This document shows positions 51,997 through 64,000 of a DNA stretch of 64,000 bases, piece by piece (the first letter of the stretch is position 1; every line of letters starts with the position of its first letter). Source of the stretch: Octopus sinensis. Its lineage: Eukaryota. A program made the translations under genes and the position numbers. The notes beneath the pieces are model-generated. The model ran no database searches. It had not been told where the DNA came from and saw nothing but the letters and a program-made list of their open reading frames with translations. The stretch covers positions 39,878,464 to 39,942,463 of the forward strand of contig NC_043011.1 of the NCBI RefSeq assembly GCF_006345805.1, given 5' to 3'.

Positions 51997-52099
51997 TATT
52001 ACTTTGCTCAGAAGCAGGTGAGTGTTGGCAACAGGAAGGGCATCTGACTACAGAAAATCTAGCTCAACAAAATCCATCCTACCCCTGCAAGCAAGATTG

Positions 52100-52465
52100 A
52101 TGATGGTGGTCGTGGTGGGGGTGGTGGTCAGGGTGGTGGTGGTGGTCGTCGTGGTTTTGGTGGTGGTCGTGGTGGTTTTGGTGGTGGTGGTGGTTTTGGT
52201 GGTGGTGATGGTGGTGGTAGTGGTGGTAGTGGTGATGGTAGTCATGGTGGTGGTGGTTGTCGTGGTTTTGGTGGTGGTCGTGGTCGTGGTGGTTTTGGTG
52301 GTGGTTTTGGTGGGGGGGGTCGTGGTTTTGGTGGTGGTGGTGATGGTGGTTTTGGTGGGGGTGGTGGTCGTCGTGGTTTTGGTGGTGGTCGTGGTTTTGG
52401 TGGTAGTGGTGGTGATAGTAGTTTTGGTGGTGGTGGTGGTGGTGGTGGTGGTGGTGGTTGTAATG
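52100..52465. repeat. Degenerate (GGT)n microsatellite
   Basis: Direct reading; source of the poly-V/poly-T/poly-H pseudo-ORFs. Confidence 0.95.
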
Positions 52466-52770
52466 ATGCATTGCATTTTCTAGAATTACTCTTGGAATCA
52501 AACTGCAGCCAGTTTAGACTGAGAGATACTGGAATATCTCCACCCCCAGATGATCATCTCTGACTTGATACTTCAACTTATTTCTTTTTAATTCATCTTT
52601 ACTCAATACAATTAGTCATTGACTTTTTGCATCATGGCTTTAAAAAAAATCGATCACATCAGACGTAAGTTTTTCTTCCTTTTTTTTTTTAAACAATGTA
52701 AGTCATAAATTCTATATTTATTTATTTATTTATTTACTTTCTGTCTGACTTCATGAAATTGTAACACTTG

Positions 52771-52803
<33 letters not shown>

Positions 52804-52814
52804 GAATGAGAGAG

Positions 52815-52854
<40 letters not shown>

Positions 52855-53705
52855 AACAGACAAGCAGAAAGAAAGTGGAAGGGAAAGATAAATAAATAGA
52901 TGGATATATAGATTCATAGATATAGATATGGGTATATTTATATATGTTTATATGTAAATATTTATCTGTTTGGCTCTCTCTTTCTCTCTCTCTTTCACTA
53001 TTTCTCTCTCTCTCTCTCTCACTCTGCATATACATACACACATATATGCATGTATATGTATATACACAGACACAAACACATATATATGTGTATATGTGTG
53101 TATATATATAGATTTATATGTATAAATGCACTCACACACATGCACACATCAGATATATGCAGTACTGACAATATAATGCATATGTATATATATATATATA
53201 TAAACATTTATGTATGTGTGTGCTTGCAGATGCAATGTATGTATGTATGTATGTGTGTGTGTGTGTACATATGTAAGTATTACTGTTTGTTCATTATACA
53301 AAAGCAGAAAAAAAAACCAAAGAAACTGTACTCTAAAATTTCTTTCAGAGATAGAATTTCTCTGGTAGCCAACTTTCTTGAAAAACAATGGAATTTGAAT
53401 AGAAATAAATGAAACAAGAATTTTAAAGGCACAATCCTGTTATTATAAATACATAGGGACATGCTCAAGTTACTCAGACATCAGGACCCGCCTATTATTT
53501 TGCTAATCTTGTAGTGGTGATAGCTAAGCCAAAAGAAAACACAGAAAAACGTACTTGAAGCAACACTCAAAATGTCTAGTGGTATTTGCTAATGTTCTTT
53601 ACATTATGTGTTCAAATCCTACAAAAGTTAAAGTTACCTTTCATCTTTCTGGGGTTAATACAATTAAGTATGATTTTAGATCTGCTGCTGAAAGTGTGTC
53701 CTAGT

Positions 53706-53854
53706 CAGGGCCAGCTCCAGGGTTGCTGGTGCCCCAGGCAAGCTGAACTTCGGTGTGTACAAGCTGACGGTCATGAAAATTTCCTTGTCTTTGTCATGCC
53801 CTCTTTGGGACCCTGGGTGACTGCCCAAGTAGATGGTACCCTGAGCTGGTCCAG
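53706..53854. mobile_element. hAT-type MITE
   Basis: TIR CAGGGCCAGCTC / GAGCTGGTCCAG (10 of 12); 8-bp TSD GTCCTAGT / GTCCTAAT. Confidence 0.7.
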
Positions 53855-54094
53855 GTCCTAATAGATAGTGTTGCACAGTGAAAGTACATGGCTTAAAGGC
53901 GGTGAGCTGGCAGAAACGTTAGTGAAATGCTTAGCAGTATTTTGTCTATCTTTACATTGGAGTTCAAATTCCGCCAAGTGCCTTTCATCCTTTTGGGGTC
54001 AATAAATTAAGTACCAGTTGCATAATAGGGTCGATCTAATCGACTGGCCCCATCCCCCCAAAATTTCAGGCTTTGTGCCTAGAGTAGAAAAGAA

Positions 54095-54420
54095 GGTACA
54101 TGGCTTCGAGGTTAGAATATTCAGCAGCCCATGGTGGTATGGTCACGAGTTCAATTCTCAGCAGTGTGTTGTGTTCTTGAGCAAGACACTTTATTTCACG
54201 TTGCTCCAGTCTACTCAACTGGAAAAAGTGAGTTGTACCAGTAATTCAAAGGGGTTAGCCTTGTCACATTCTGTGTCATATTGAATCTCCCTAAGGACTA
54301 CACCAAGAGTACACATGTCTGCGGAATACTCATCCACTTGCACCTTAATTTCTCAAGCAGGCTGTTCTGTCTTTCAAATCAAGTACAACCCTTGTCATCA
54401 TAACTGAGTGAGTGCCAGTT
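54095..54420 (+). mobile_element. Family-3 SINE, preceded by a family-1 copy at about 53895-54095
   Basis: Head and GTTCTTGAGCAAGACACTTT core as at 13165. Confidence 0.75.
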
Positions 54421-55124
54421 TTAAAGGGTGCTGCACTCACAATCATATGATCCTTATGTCAGTTCCCACCTTGGGCCATGTGATGTGTTCTTGAGCAAAA
54501 CATTTCAAGTTGCTCCAGTCCATTCAGCGGTAAATGAGTTCCAGCAATAGCTGGAGAATTAACCCTGCAATGGACTAGCACCCTATCCAGGAAATGGGAG
54601 AATGTTGTAATCTCAGTCACTAAACTGAGTTTAGCTCTGGCCTTCTGTGTCCTGGGGCACCTGACAGACCTAGGTCTATGTCGATGATTGGTAAATATTA
54701 GCAGAAGTGCTTGCGTGCTGGACAAAATGCCTTGTGGTATTATATAACCTGGCTACTTATACATTCTGAACTCCCATGAGATGGATTTTTCTGTACTTTA
54801 GACCTGGTCATTAGATGCGAAGTTAAAAGGTTTGCTTTCCAACTAAGTAGATTTTGGGTTCTCTTCCACTGTGGGACACCTGGGGCAATTGTATCTTCTA
54901 CTGGAAGACAAAAATTACAAGAATGTCTGTGATATGTGTGTGTGTGTGTGTGTGTTTGTGCACATACATAAATATATGTATATATACATACATATATCTA
55001 GATAGATATAAATATATACATGTATATATACATGTATATATACACATATATATATATATGTATATAGATTTGTATGTGTGTGTGTGCATGCATATATATA
55101 TATATATGTATGTATATATACACA

Positions 55125-55420
55125 ATTGAAGTCATTGTCGTAGCCAATGCCAGTGCCGCCTGACTGGCTCTCATGCATGTAAAAAGCACCATTTGAGCGT
55201 AGTCAATGCCAGTACCGCCTGACTGACTCCCATGCCTGTGACAAGTAAAAAGTATCACTACACTCTCAGAATGGTTGGTATTAGGAAGGGCATCTAGCTG
55301 TAGAAACCTTGCCAGATCAGATTGAAGCCTGGTACAGCGTTTTCGCTTGCCAATCCTCAGTCAAACCATACAATTCATGCCAGCATGGAAAACACATTAA
55401 ACGATGATGATGATGATGAC
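55125..55420 (+). mobile_element. (ATG)n-tailed RTE-like 3' region
   Basis: Monomers, GGAAGGGCATCTAGCTGTAGAAAC, (ATG)n tail. Confidence 0.8.
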
Positions 55421-55455
55421 ATACATATATCTAGATAGATACTTATATATACATG

Positions 55456-55506
<51 letters not shown>

Positions 55507-55516
55507 ACACACACAT

Positions 55517-55860
55517 ATCATCATTTAACATCTGCTTTCCATGCTAGCATCGGTTGGAGGGTTCGACTGGGGTCTGGGAAGTGAGGAGGCTGCACCAGGC
55601 TCCAGTCTGATCTGGCAGTGTTTCTACAGCTGGATGCCCTTCCTAACGCCAACCACTCCATGAGTGTAGTGGGTGCTTTTTACATGTCACTGGCACAGGG
55701 GCAAGAGGAGGGTGGCAACGTTCACAATCGGTTGATGCTTTTTACATGCCACCGGCACGGACACCAGTCAAGGTGTTGCTGGCATCGGTCACGTTCGGAT
55801 TGTGTTTTTTACGTGCTACCAGCCTGGGTATCACAACTACAATTTCCATTTGATTTTTAT
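55517..55860 (-). mobile_element. (ATG)n-tailed RTE-like 3' region, tail-to-tail with the previous copy
   Basis: CATCATTTAAC...CTTTCCATGCTAGC...GGATGCCCTTCC. Confidence 0.8.
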
Positions 55861-55909
55861 TTTGTTGTTGATGTACTTGACTCAAAGGTCTCTTCAAGCA
55901 CAGTGGTGG

Positions 55910-55948
<39 letters not shown>

Positions 55949-56599
55949 GAGGCAATGGATTTGTGTATGCAACACATTCATTGCATGCCTTACTATTTTA
56001 CCAAGATAAATAATTTTTCTGTATATGAAATTTAATTATTGATAACTTTTACTATTGTGATATTCTTTTGTATTTCGCATTCTTCCATTTCTTAGTATAA
56101 ATTGTAAGCAATCAATATCATTTAACAAGTGTAAGTAGAGAAAGTTCCTATTTGCTGAGGGGGACAAAAAAAGAAGGAAAAGCAATGAATTAATTGTTCT
56201 CCTGTTCTTTTTGAGGTGGGTATGTGAAACAAAACTCAAAAGAGTGAGAGTTCAAAAGAGGGAAAGGCAGAGAAAATTTCCTTTGTCCTGCTTGCTTTGG
56301 GTCACAGTAAGAAAAAGCAGTGGTGTTAGTTTCTTTGTATTCTATTATTCTCTGCAAGAAGGGAGTGAGAGAGAAAGACAAAGGAAAGCAGATTTTTTAC
56401 TGCTTGCCTTCCAGTCATGTTAAGCCAGCAAATATGCTGTCAACATATTTTCTCATGAAGTGTTGAAGTATTTACTGCCCTGTACAGCAGAGATCAAAGG
56501 ACTGAGTATTTAGTCAATTCAGTCTATTGCTGATTCTGGTTTATTTCCTACAATTAATTTGGTGCTGAAGATTAACTTGGTGCTGTATATTTTAGCTTT

Positions 56600-56816
56600 T
56601 ATCTTTTACTCATTTCAGTCATTAGACTGTGACCATGCTGGGGCACCACTTTGAAAAAGTTTTAGCCAAATGTATTGACCATAATACTTTTTTTTTTAAA
56701 GTTTGGTACTTTTTCTATCGGTCTCTCATGCCCAACTGCTGAGTTATGGGAACATTATGGGAACATAAACGCATCTACACAGGTTGTCAAGCAGCGATGG
56801 GGGACAAACACAGATT

Positions 56817-56875
<59 letters not shown>

Positions 56876-57085
56876 ACACACACACACACACACACATAAA
56901 AACAATACATACATATATACGACAGGCTTTTTTTCAGTTTCCGTCTACCAAACCCACTCACAAGGCTTTGGTTAGCCTGAGGCTATAGTAGAAGACACTT
57001 GCTCAAGGTTCCATGCAGTGGGACTGAACCTGAAACCATGTGGTTGGAAAGCAAACTTTTACCATACAACCACACCTGCACCTAT
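56600..57085 (-). mobile_element. Family-2 SINE (decayed)
   Basis: Reverse match with internal (CA)n. Confidence 0.75.
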
Positions 57086-57329
57086 TTAAAATATTTAAAA
57101 ATGGTTGCCTGAAAAAGTAAACTCGCATCTAACACACACACATGTGTCATACAATCTACCTTTTACTCATGTGGTCTCACTTCAGAGCACTGAATTTTGT
57201 TAGAATATAACTTTGATTCCTTTATAAAGATTATAACCCAGTAACATTTTTCATGTTTCATTCACCCCCATGCTGGCAAAAGAGTCAATTAGCTCAGTTT
57301 CCTCTTGACTTTTCTGACCTTTGCAACAA

Positions 57330-58385
57330 GATGCATTGCTCAGAAAAGAGAAACCAAAGCTTGAAATGGAAATCAAAACCAAAGTAAGCTGCAAGGAATG
57401 CCATCATCATTTTGATTCCACATATTATGAACAGTATGAGTGAAAGATGGGATGTCCCATTCTGTACAAATTTTTCTGTTTCCCATGTGTGTTATTTTGT
57501 CAGCATAACAACACATGGACAATTACTGGCTACTGTGATTTGCACAATTTGATTACAGCTTTGATAAAACACAAAAGTCTCAGAACCATCTGAATTCCAT
57601 AATTGTTCTGAAAACCTTTGGCTGACAATGAATTGATCCAGCAGTCAATCACTGGAAAGCAGCTTTGATTCAGTTCCATAATAGATCAGTTGAGAAAAGG
57701 TTAATTCATTGTATTGAAATTTTGGCCTGTCAAGAATTACCATTTGGAGGTCACAATGAAACAGAAGAATCAAACAAACAATAAGGGTAATTTTCTGGAT
57801 TTATGTGAAGCAGTAGCAGAATACAATGATGGTTTAAGATTGCATTTAGATTTCATGAAGTAAAATACCAACTGCACATTTTCTGGACTTTCAAGTGATA
57901 TTCAAAGTGTGATCCATTTAATTGTATAGCTGCTACAAGTGAAGGTGAAATTAAAAAAAAGAAAAACCGTATTTGTTGCTGTTATGCTTGGTGAGACTAC
58001 AGACCTTCAAATGAAATCTCAGTTGGCACACATTTTGTGATTTGTTGATAAGAAGGGAAAAACTCAAGAAGGGATTTTTGAATTCATTGATGTCAGTAAA
58101 GACAGAAAAACTGCATCACAAACAGAAGTTCGAAAATTTGTTAATGAATTCAACTGTGGTCAAAAATTAACAGCACAAACTTATGATGGAGCAAGTATGA
58201 TAGCTGGGCATTTGATTGGAGTTCAAGCAAGAATAAAGGAGATGTTCAGTGTAAATGTCATATTTGTACATTTTTATGCACTTTCACTTAACTTGGTGCT
58301 CTTTCGATCAGCTTTGAGTATTTGCGATTGTCAAGTTTTCTTCCAAACTTTAAAAGGAATTTCAACTTTTTCTCAAAGATGAAAT
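57330..58385 (+). mobile_element. hAT transposase remnant (ZMYM1/DUF4371-like)
   Basis: FCFPCVLF, AFGGHNETEES..KGNFLDL, VAVMLGETTD, QTYDGASMIAGHLIGVQARIKE, FVHFYALSLNLVL, with many stops and frameshifts. Confidence 0.85.
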
Positions 58386-60009
58386 CGCTGGAAGGTGATT
58401 TCCAAAGTTACCCAAAACACATTGGAATTATTCATCCTGACAAGTTTCCATTTTGTCCAATAAACATAATGGCAGACAAAATACTGCTATGCATTTCACC
58501 CATTTCTGCCAGCTCACTGCCTTATTTTGTACACAATTTCTGCCTACCAAATACCCTTACAAAGCATTGGTCAGCCCCTGTCTATAATAGATGACACTTG
58601 CCCAAGATGCTGTGTAGTGGGACTGAAACCAAAACCACATGGTTGCAAAGCAAGCTTCTTAACCACACAACCAAGTCTGTGCCAAGAGTCATGCCTACAC
58701 CTATATAGATTATTGCAGTGTATAATGTTTCCTTCTTTTATTCAAGAGAGTAAAAAGTGTTTTAAGGAAGATTTAGCTGTTATCTCAAGCTGTACAAACT
58801 TGAAATAGCAATTAAACTGAAATTGTAACTAAACAAAGATCCCTCATTGGTTTGTAGATGCATTTGTAATTTATGTTGTGGTGTAGTCTCATGTCAACCC
58901 AGACCTATTATCAAAGACATTCCAGCTGTGACCAGCCCAAGGAAGGACACATTATTCAATAAGTCCTTCTTTTGCTAAATCACTAGGAGGTGATTTAAGG
59001 TAGATTTAGCACTTTTTGTAGCTGTGACATTGTTTGCATTAGATCTAGATAAATTTCCTCTAATGTAAGATAACCAGAGATAATGAGAGAAACGTGAGAT
59101 AATGTGAGATCTGGCTGTTGTTTCTAGCAAGTTATGCAGCCATATAAGGATTCCCATTCCCTCCACCGACTCACTGAGTAGTAGTAGATATGACAAGCAA
59201 TGGGTAGCAGTTGACTTATTTGTCATGTTAAGGATTTTTATTTGAAGATTGTCAGATACATGTATGTAGGTTAAGTTGACATTCCACAAAAGAATGTATA
59301 TATATATATTTATACAGTTGTGAAGGATTTGCAGGTGGATGCATCGAAAGTATCTGCAAGCTAAGAAGAGAGCTTCTATGTGACCAGTCAATTTGCTAGA
59401 TACAGCAACCAAATTCACTTAAAATTATACCAAAAAAAAAACAGAACACATTGGATAACATAATCCCAGAGACTGAATACCTGAATATAAAAGAAAAAAA
59501 TGGTACCACCACAACAAATGCCTTTGGTCACAGATATGACCTTAGGTTTAAATAATGAGCAAAGTATTTTTGGGTGTCTAAATAAAAAGTCCTCAACTCT
59601 TGGGACAAATATATTTTGGGTGCCATTTTATCTTTCTGGGGTTAATACAATTAAGTATAATTTTTACAGACTTAATGAGTTAGATGAACATTTGCACCCA
59701 TTTATAGGGACATCCATGGCAGGATTTGAACACAAAATACTACAAAGAGATGGAACAAAAACTACAAGACATTTCAAGTACTTGAACCAGTCTGCTGGTC
59801 CATTTCTCTAAAATAGTACTTTATTTATTGACCCCCAGAAGTATGAATGACCAAGCTGGCATCAGCAGGATTTGAACCTAGAAAATAAAGAGCTACAATA
59901 ATTACCACCAGTTACCCTGTCTGGTGCCCTAATGATTCCGTCAGTTCACCACTTTTTATTTTTATTTTATTTATTGAGTTGAAAAATATGAAAAGGCAAA
60001 CTTGACTCC

Positions 60010-60845
60010 AAGTAGAATTTCAACATCAACAACAGGGTGGGTATTAGGGTGGTTGGTTGGTTGGTAGGCTGGCTGGTTGTGTGCAGATTTGCATGTTTTG
60101 CTTTATGTATGTATTCTCATGCATATAGTTGCATATCTAGACATACTCATATATATTTATCATTACCAGCGTCGCCTAACTAGCACTTGTGCTGGTGGTA
60201 CGTGAAAAAACATTCGAGCGAGGTTGTTGCCAGTGCTACTGGACTGGGTCCTGTGCAGGTGGCACGTAAAAAACACCATTTGAGTGTGGCTGTTACTAGT
60301 ACCACCTGACTGGCCCTCATGCTGGTGGCACGTAAAAGCACCCAGTACACTCTTGGAGTGGTTGGCATTAGGAAGGGCATTCAACTGTAGAAACTCTGCC
60401 AGATCAGATTGGAGCCTGGTACAGCCATTTGGTTCACCAGTCCTCAGTCAAATCGTCCAACTCATGCTAGTATGGAAAGCGGACGTTAAACAATGATGAT
60501 GATGGTGGTGGTGGTGGTGGTGATGGTGGTGATGGTGATGGTGGTGGTGGTGATGGTGGTGATGATGGTGATGATGGTGATGATGATGATGATGATAATG
60601 ATTTAAATGATAAACTTCTGGAAAGTTTTACAGATTTTTAGTTCCAGTGATGGACTGGATCTGTAGTCTTCAAATTAACTTTCTCCTTTCCTAATTTCTC
60701 AAGATTGGTATTTAGGCAGTGTGTTACATATCCCAGTGCCCCTATAATTACAGGTATAAACCTGAACGTGTAATCTGGATAGAGTAACTGTAGATTTCTC
60801 AATAGTTCAGTGTAGGTATTCTGTTTTTCAATGATCTTCAGCTGT
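60010..60845 (-). mobile_element. REL-endonuclease non-LTR retrotransposon 3' end (R4/NeSL-like), interrupted
   Basis: TYTELLRNLQLLYPDYTFRFIPVIIGALGYVTHCLNTNLEKLG...LQIQSITGT..KICKTF; split by the insertion at 60165-60600. Confidence 0.75.
60165..60600 (+). mobile_element. (ATG)n-tailed RTE-like 3' region with three monomers
   Basis: Three GGTGG(C/T)ACGT(A/G)AAAA monomers; the tail drifts from (ATG)n to (GGT/GAT)n. Confidence 0.8.
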
Positions 60846-60904
60846 GCTGCATGTATGTATGTATGTATGTATGTATGTATGTAGGTATGTATGTATGTAT
60901 GTAC

Positions 60905-61251
60905 TCTTTACTCTTTTATTTGTTTCAGTCATTTGACTGTGGCCAAGCTAGAGCACCGCCTTTAATTGAGCAAATCGATCAAAGGACATATTCTTTGAAA
61001 GCCTAGTACTTATTCTATCAGTCTCTTTTGACGAACTGCTAAGTTATGGGCACGTAAACACACCACCGTCGGTTGTCAAGCGATGTTGGGGAGACAAACA
61101 CAGACACACAAACATATACGCACACATCCATATATATATATATATATATATATACGAGAAAGAAGCAACAAGAATGGATTAGTTTTTAGTACAATTGTTT
61201 CATACAAAGACAGGCTTTATTACAAGTTGCAAAAATTAATTGCTTTGATTG

Positions 61252-61316
<65 letters not shown>

Positions 61317-61455
61317 ATATAAATAAATATATATATATACATACATATATATGACAGGCTTCTTTCAGTTTCCGTCTACTAAATCCACTCACAAAGCTTT
61401 GGTCAGCCTGAAATTGGTAAGCAAGCTACTTACCACACTGCCACTCTTGTGCCTA
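60905..61455 (-). mobile_element. Family-2 SINE, interrupted and internally deleted
   Basis: Reverse match in two pieces around (TA)n. Confidence 0.7.
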
Positions 61456-61546
61456 CATACATACAAACATGCATACATACATGCATACATACATGCATAC
61501 ATGCATACATGCATGCATACATACATACATACATACATACATACAT

Positions 61547-61581
<35 letters not shown>

Positions 61582-61603
61582 TACATACATACATACATAC
61601 ACA

Positions 61604-61643
<40 letters not shown>

Positions 61644-61784
61644 TACATACATACAAACATACGTACGTACATATGTATGTATGTCTTCCCTTTCTCTTTT
61701 TAATTCAGAGTAAATTTTAATTGGCCACCCACTTGGTAGCAAGGATGGGAAGGAAAGCATCTTATTTTGCTCATTATCCTTTAA

Positions 61785-62006
61785 CCCTTCACTACTCAGA
61801 TTATTCTGTCAGACTTAATGCTTACTTATTCATATTGCTTTAAATTAATCATGCATTATCTCGTAGCTTAGAGGGATTTTGTTGATGTGATTGTTTATTT
61901 TAAGAATGAAAATTATCGGGTGGATGACATAAACTGGATCTGACCAGTTTGAAATAAAACAGATAGAATATTTTCGCTGGATATGGCCAGTTTGAATGCT
62001 AATGGG
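61785..62006. mobile_element. piggyBac-type MITE (same family as 7613-7820)
   Basis: TTAA|CCCTTC ... AATGCTAATGGG|TTAA. Confidence 0.75.
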
Positions 62007-62054
62007 TTAAATCTTAAGGTCTTGCAGATTTTTTATTGTCTCAGATATTGCGAT

Positions 62055-62570
62055 CATCTGTAGTGTATGTGTGTATGTATGTGTGTATGTGTGTGTATGT
62101 ATGTAAATATGTATGTATGTATGTGTGAGTATGTATGTATGTATGTATGTATGTATGATAGAATGTATGTATGATGGTATGTACAAATGTACATATGTAC
62201 ACATGTACGTATGTACGTATGTATGTATGTATGTATGTGTGTGTATGTATGATGGGATGTATGTGTGTATGTATGTGTGTGTATATGTATGTATATATGT
62301 ATGTGTGTATGTATGATGGTATGTACATATGTGTGTATGTACGTATGTACATATGTATGTGTGTGTGTATGTATGTATGTATGTATGTATGTGTGTATAT
62401 ATGTACGTATGTTTGTATGTATGTACAATGGTGTGTATGTATGCATGTATGTACAATGGCATGTATGTATGTATGTATGTATGTATGTATGTATGTATGT
62501 ATGTATGTATGTATGTATGTGTGCATGTATGTACAATGGTATGTATGTATGTATATGTGTATGTATGTCC
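62055..62570. repeat. Degenerate (TATG)n microsatellite
   Basis: Direct reading. Confidence 0.95.
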
Positions 62571-63063
62571 TGGGTATGATATTAAACTACATCCAGTACT
62601 GAGGCTCCAGTTTGGGTGTTCTAAAACTGTGGGGAGAGTGGAGTCATCCCTTAATTACAATTGCTCCCAGGTCCATTCTAATCTGGAATGGTAATACCTG
62701 TCATGTTTCCATCCATGTTTTAAATATATTTCCTAAGGTTAGAAGAAAGCTGTGGGGAAGGCAGCTCTTCTAGGAGAAAGACACTCTCACAAAAAACTTG
62801 CAATCAAAATAGTACCAGTTATCTTGCGCTGTTTGTTACTCGAACTTACTATGGCAACCGAGAGAGTGGCAAAAGTCTTGTACAAGCTTTGGTCACTTAA
62901 ATCCAGTGATGTATAGCTGTTTCGCTATCATTCAATGTGTGATGGCCAGCATCTGACAAGATGAGGTAATTATCATCTATGTATGTGAATATATAGGCAG
63001 ACATGTATACATGTAGGCAGGCAGGCAGGTGTGTATGTATGTATGTGTGTATGCATGTACGTA

Positions 63064-63110
<47 letters not shown>

Positions 63111-63119
63111 ATCTTCTAT

Positions 63120-63580
63120 TTTTTAGCTATTATAAATCTTCCACTGCGGAGGGAGCCAGTTTCCAACAAAGATACAAGGCTCCATCTTTGGGATTTAGTT
63201 AAAGCAGACAAACTCACATTTGGAACTTGAGGAAAGTCTTGCATATTTTTACTGTTCCACTCACAGATTGTACTTGTAATGTATGAATTAGCCAGTCAAT
63301 TTCTCTTTCTGAAAATCCCAGTTTATCCAGATTCTCCTTTAAGCATTTAATAACAAAACCTAGTGCTCCAATTATTATTAGTATGAATATCAATTCATAG
63401 TCTGGATACAGTAGCTGGAGGTTTCAAAGCAGTTGTCTATAGATATCCACTTTTACTTTGATTTTCAATGAGATATTTATATTTTATATCTGCAGGGCAG
63501 CTGGCCTCTATGATGGTACTTACCTTTGCCCCACTGTTCCAAACAACAATATCCAACCTGTTAGGCTTACATTTGACAGA
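63120..63580 (-). mobile_element. REL-endonuclease non-LTR retrotransposon 3' end (R4/NeSL-like)
   Basis: KCKPNRLDIVVW...TIIEASCPAD (PD..D/E.K-type), then LYPDYELIFILIIIGALG...LDKLGFS...LQVQSVSGTVKICKTFLKF*; stop at 63214-63216. Confidence 0.85.
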
Positions 63581-63589
63581 TGTTGTATG

Positions 63590-64000
63590 TATGTATGTAT
63601 GTACATATACATGCTATTATTTAGTTTTATTTCTAAATTACTTGCCAATGGAAAAAGAGTCAGTTTCTGAGCTAGATTCAAGGCTCCTTCATTAGAATTT
63701 TAAACAACATCCGCAAAGGATTTGCGCATGACCATACATTTGTGTGCAATATCTGGAGTTAGCTTATATGCAAATTTGTATATTTTGTTTTATGTATGTA
63801 TGCATTCTCATGCATATTGTTGCATGATTAGACATTAGCTTATGTACTTGACTGCTAAACTTGAGAAAGATTTACAAATTTTGACAGTTCAATTGATGGC
63901 TTGTATCTGTAATCTTCTAATTAGTTTTCTCTTCACTGGTTTTGAGAACCTTAATTTCTCAAGATTGGTGCTGAGGTAGTTGGTTACATATCCAAGTGCT
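63590..64000 (-). mobile_element. Second REL-type LINE 3' end, running off the window edge
   Basis: ALGYVTNYLSTNLEKL.FS...LIRRLQIQAIN*TVKICKSF, then a 3' UTR ending next to (TACA)n. Confidence 0.8.

Noticed and set aside
53350-53560. Splice-site-like motifs on both strands
   Set aside because: No recognisable coding content; the minus-strand 50-nt candidate has stops in all frames; unsupported without transcript data

Overview
Eukaryotic, AT-rich, very repeat-dense DNA. The SINE families and microsatellite load strongly suggest an Octopus genome (inference). Only one host coding segment is supported: the first coding exon of an endosomal Na+/H+ exchanger (SLC9A6/7/9 family) on the minus strand at 32130-31839, with a clean phase-1 GT donor. 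I could not find exon 2, so intron 1 probably runs off the left edge (>31.8 kb). The rest consists of three tRNA-type SINE families, decayed non-LTR retrotransposons (several RTE fragments, Tx1/L1, CR1-type, R4/NeSL-type restriction-like-endonuclease [REL] ends), DNA-transposon remnants (Tc1, mariner, hAT), MITEs (hAT, piggyBac-type, Tc1/mariner-type), Helitron-like elements and long microsatellites. Nearly all ORFs in the supplied track are microsatellite or TE artefacts. The most unusual signal is a recurring fold-back architecture: near-perfect hairpins at 24.8 kb (100-bp arms) and 46.6 kb (34-bp arms), both between (TA)n tracts and both with a 10-12 bp stutter at the apex. There are also an interleaved inverted duplication at 22.3-22.6 kb and ~220-bp inverted arms at 36.4-37.3 kb. 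I see no clear novel protein-coding system. Repeat boundaries were placed by eye and are approximate unless a TSD or TIR is quoted. Family names come from recalled motif similarity, not database searches.
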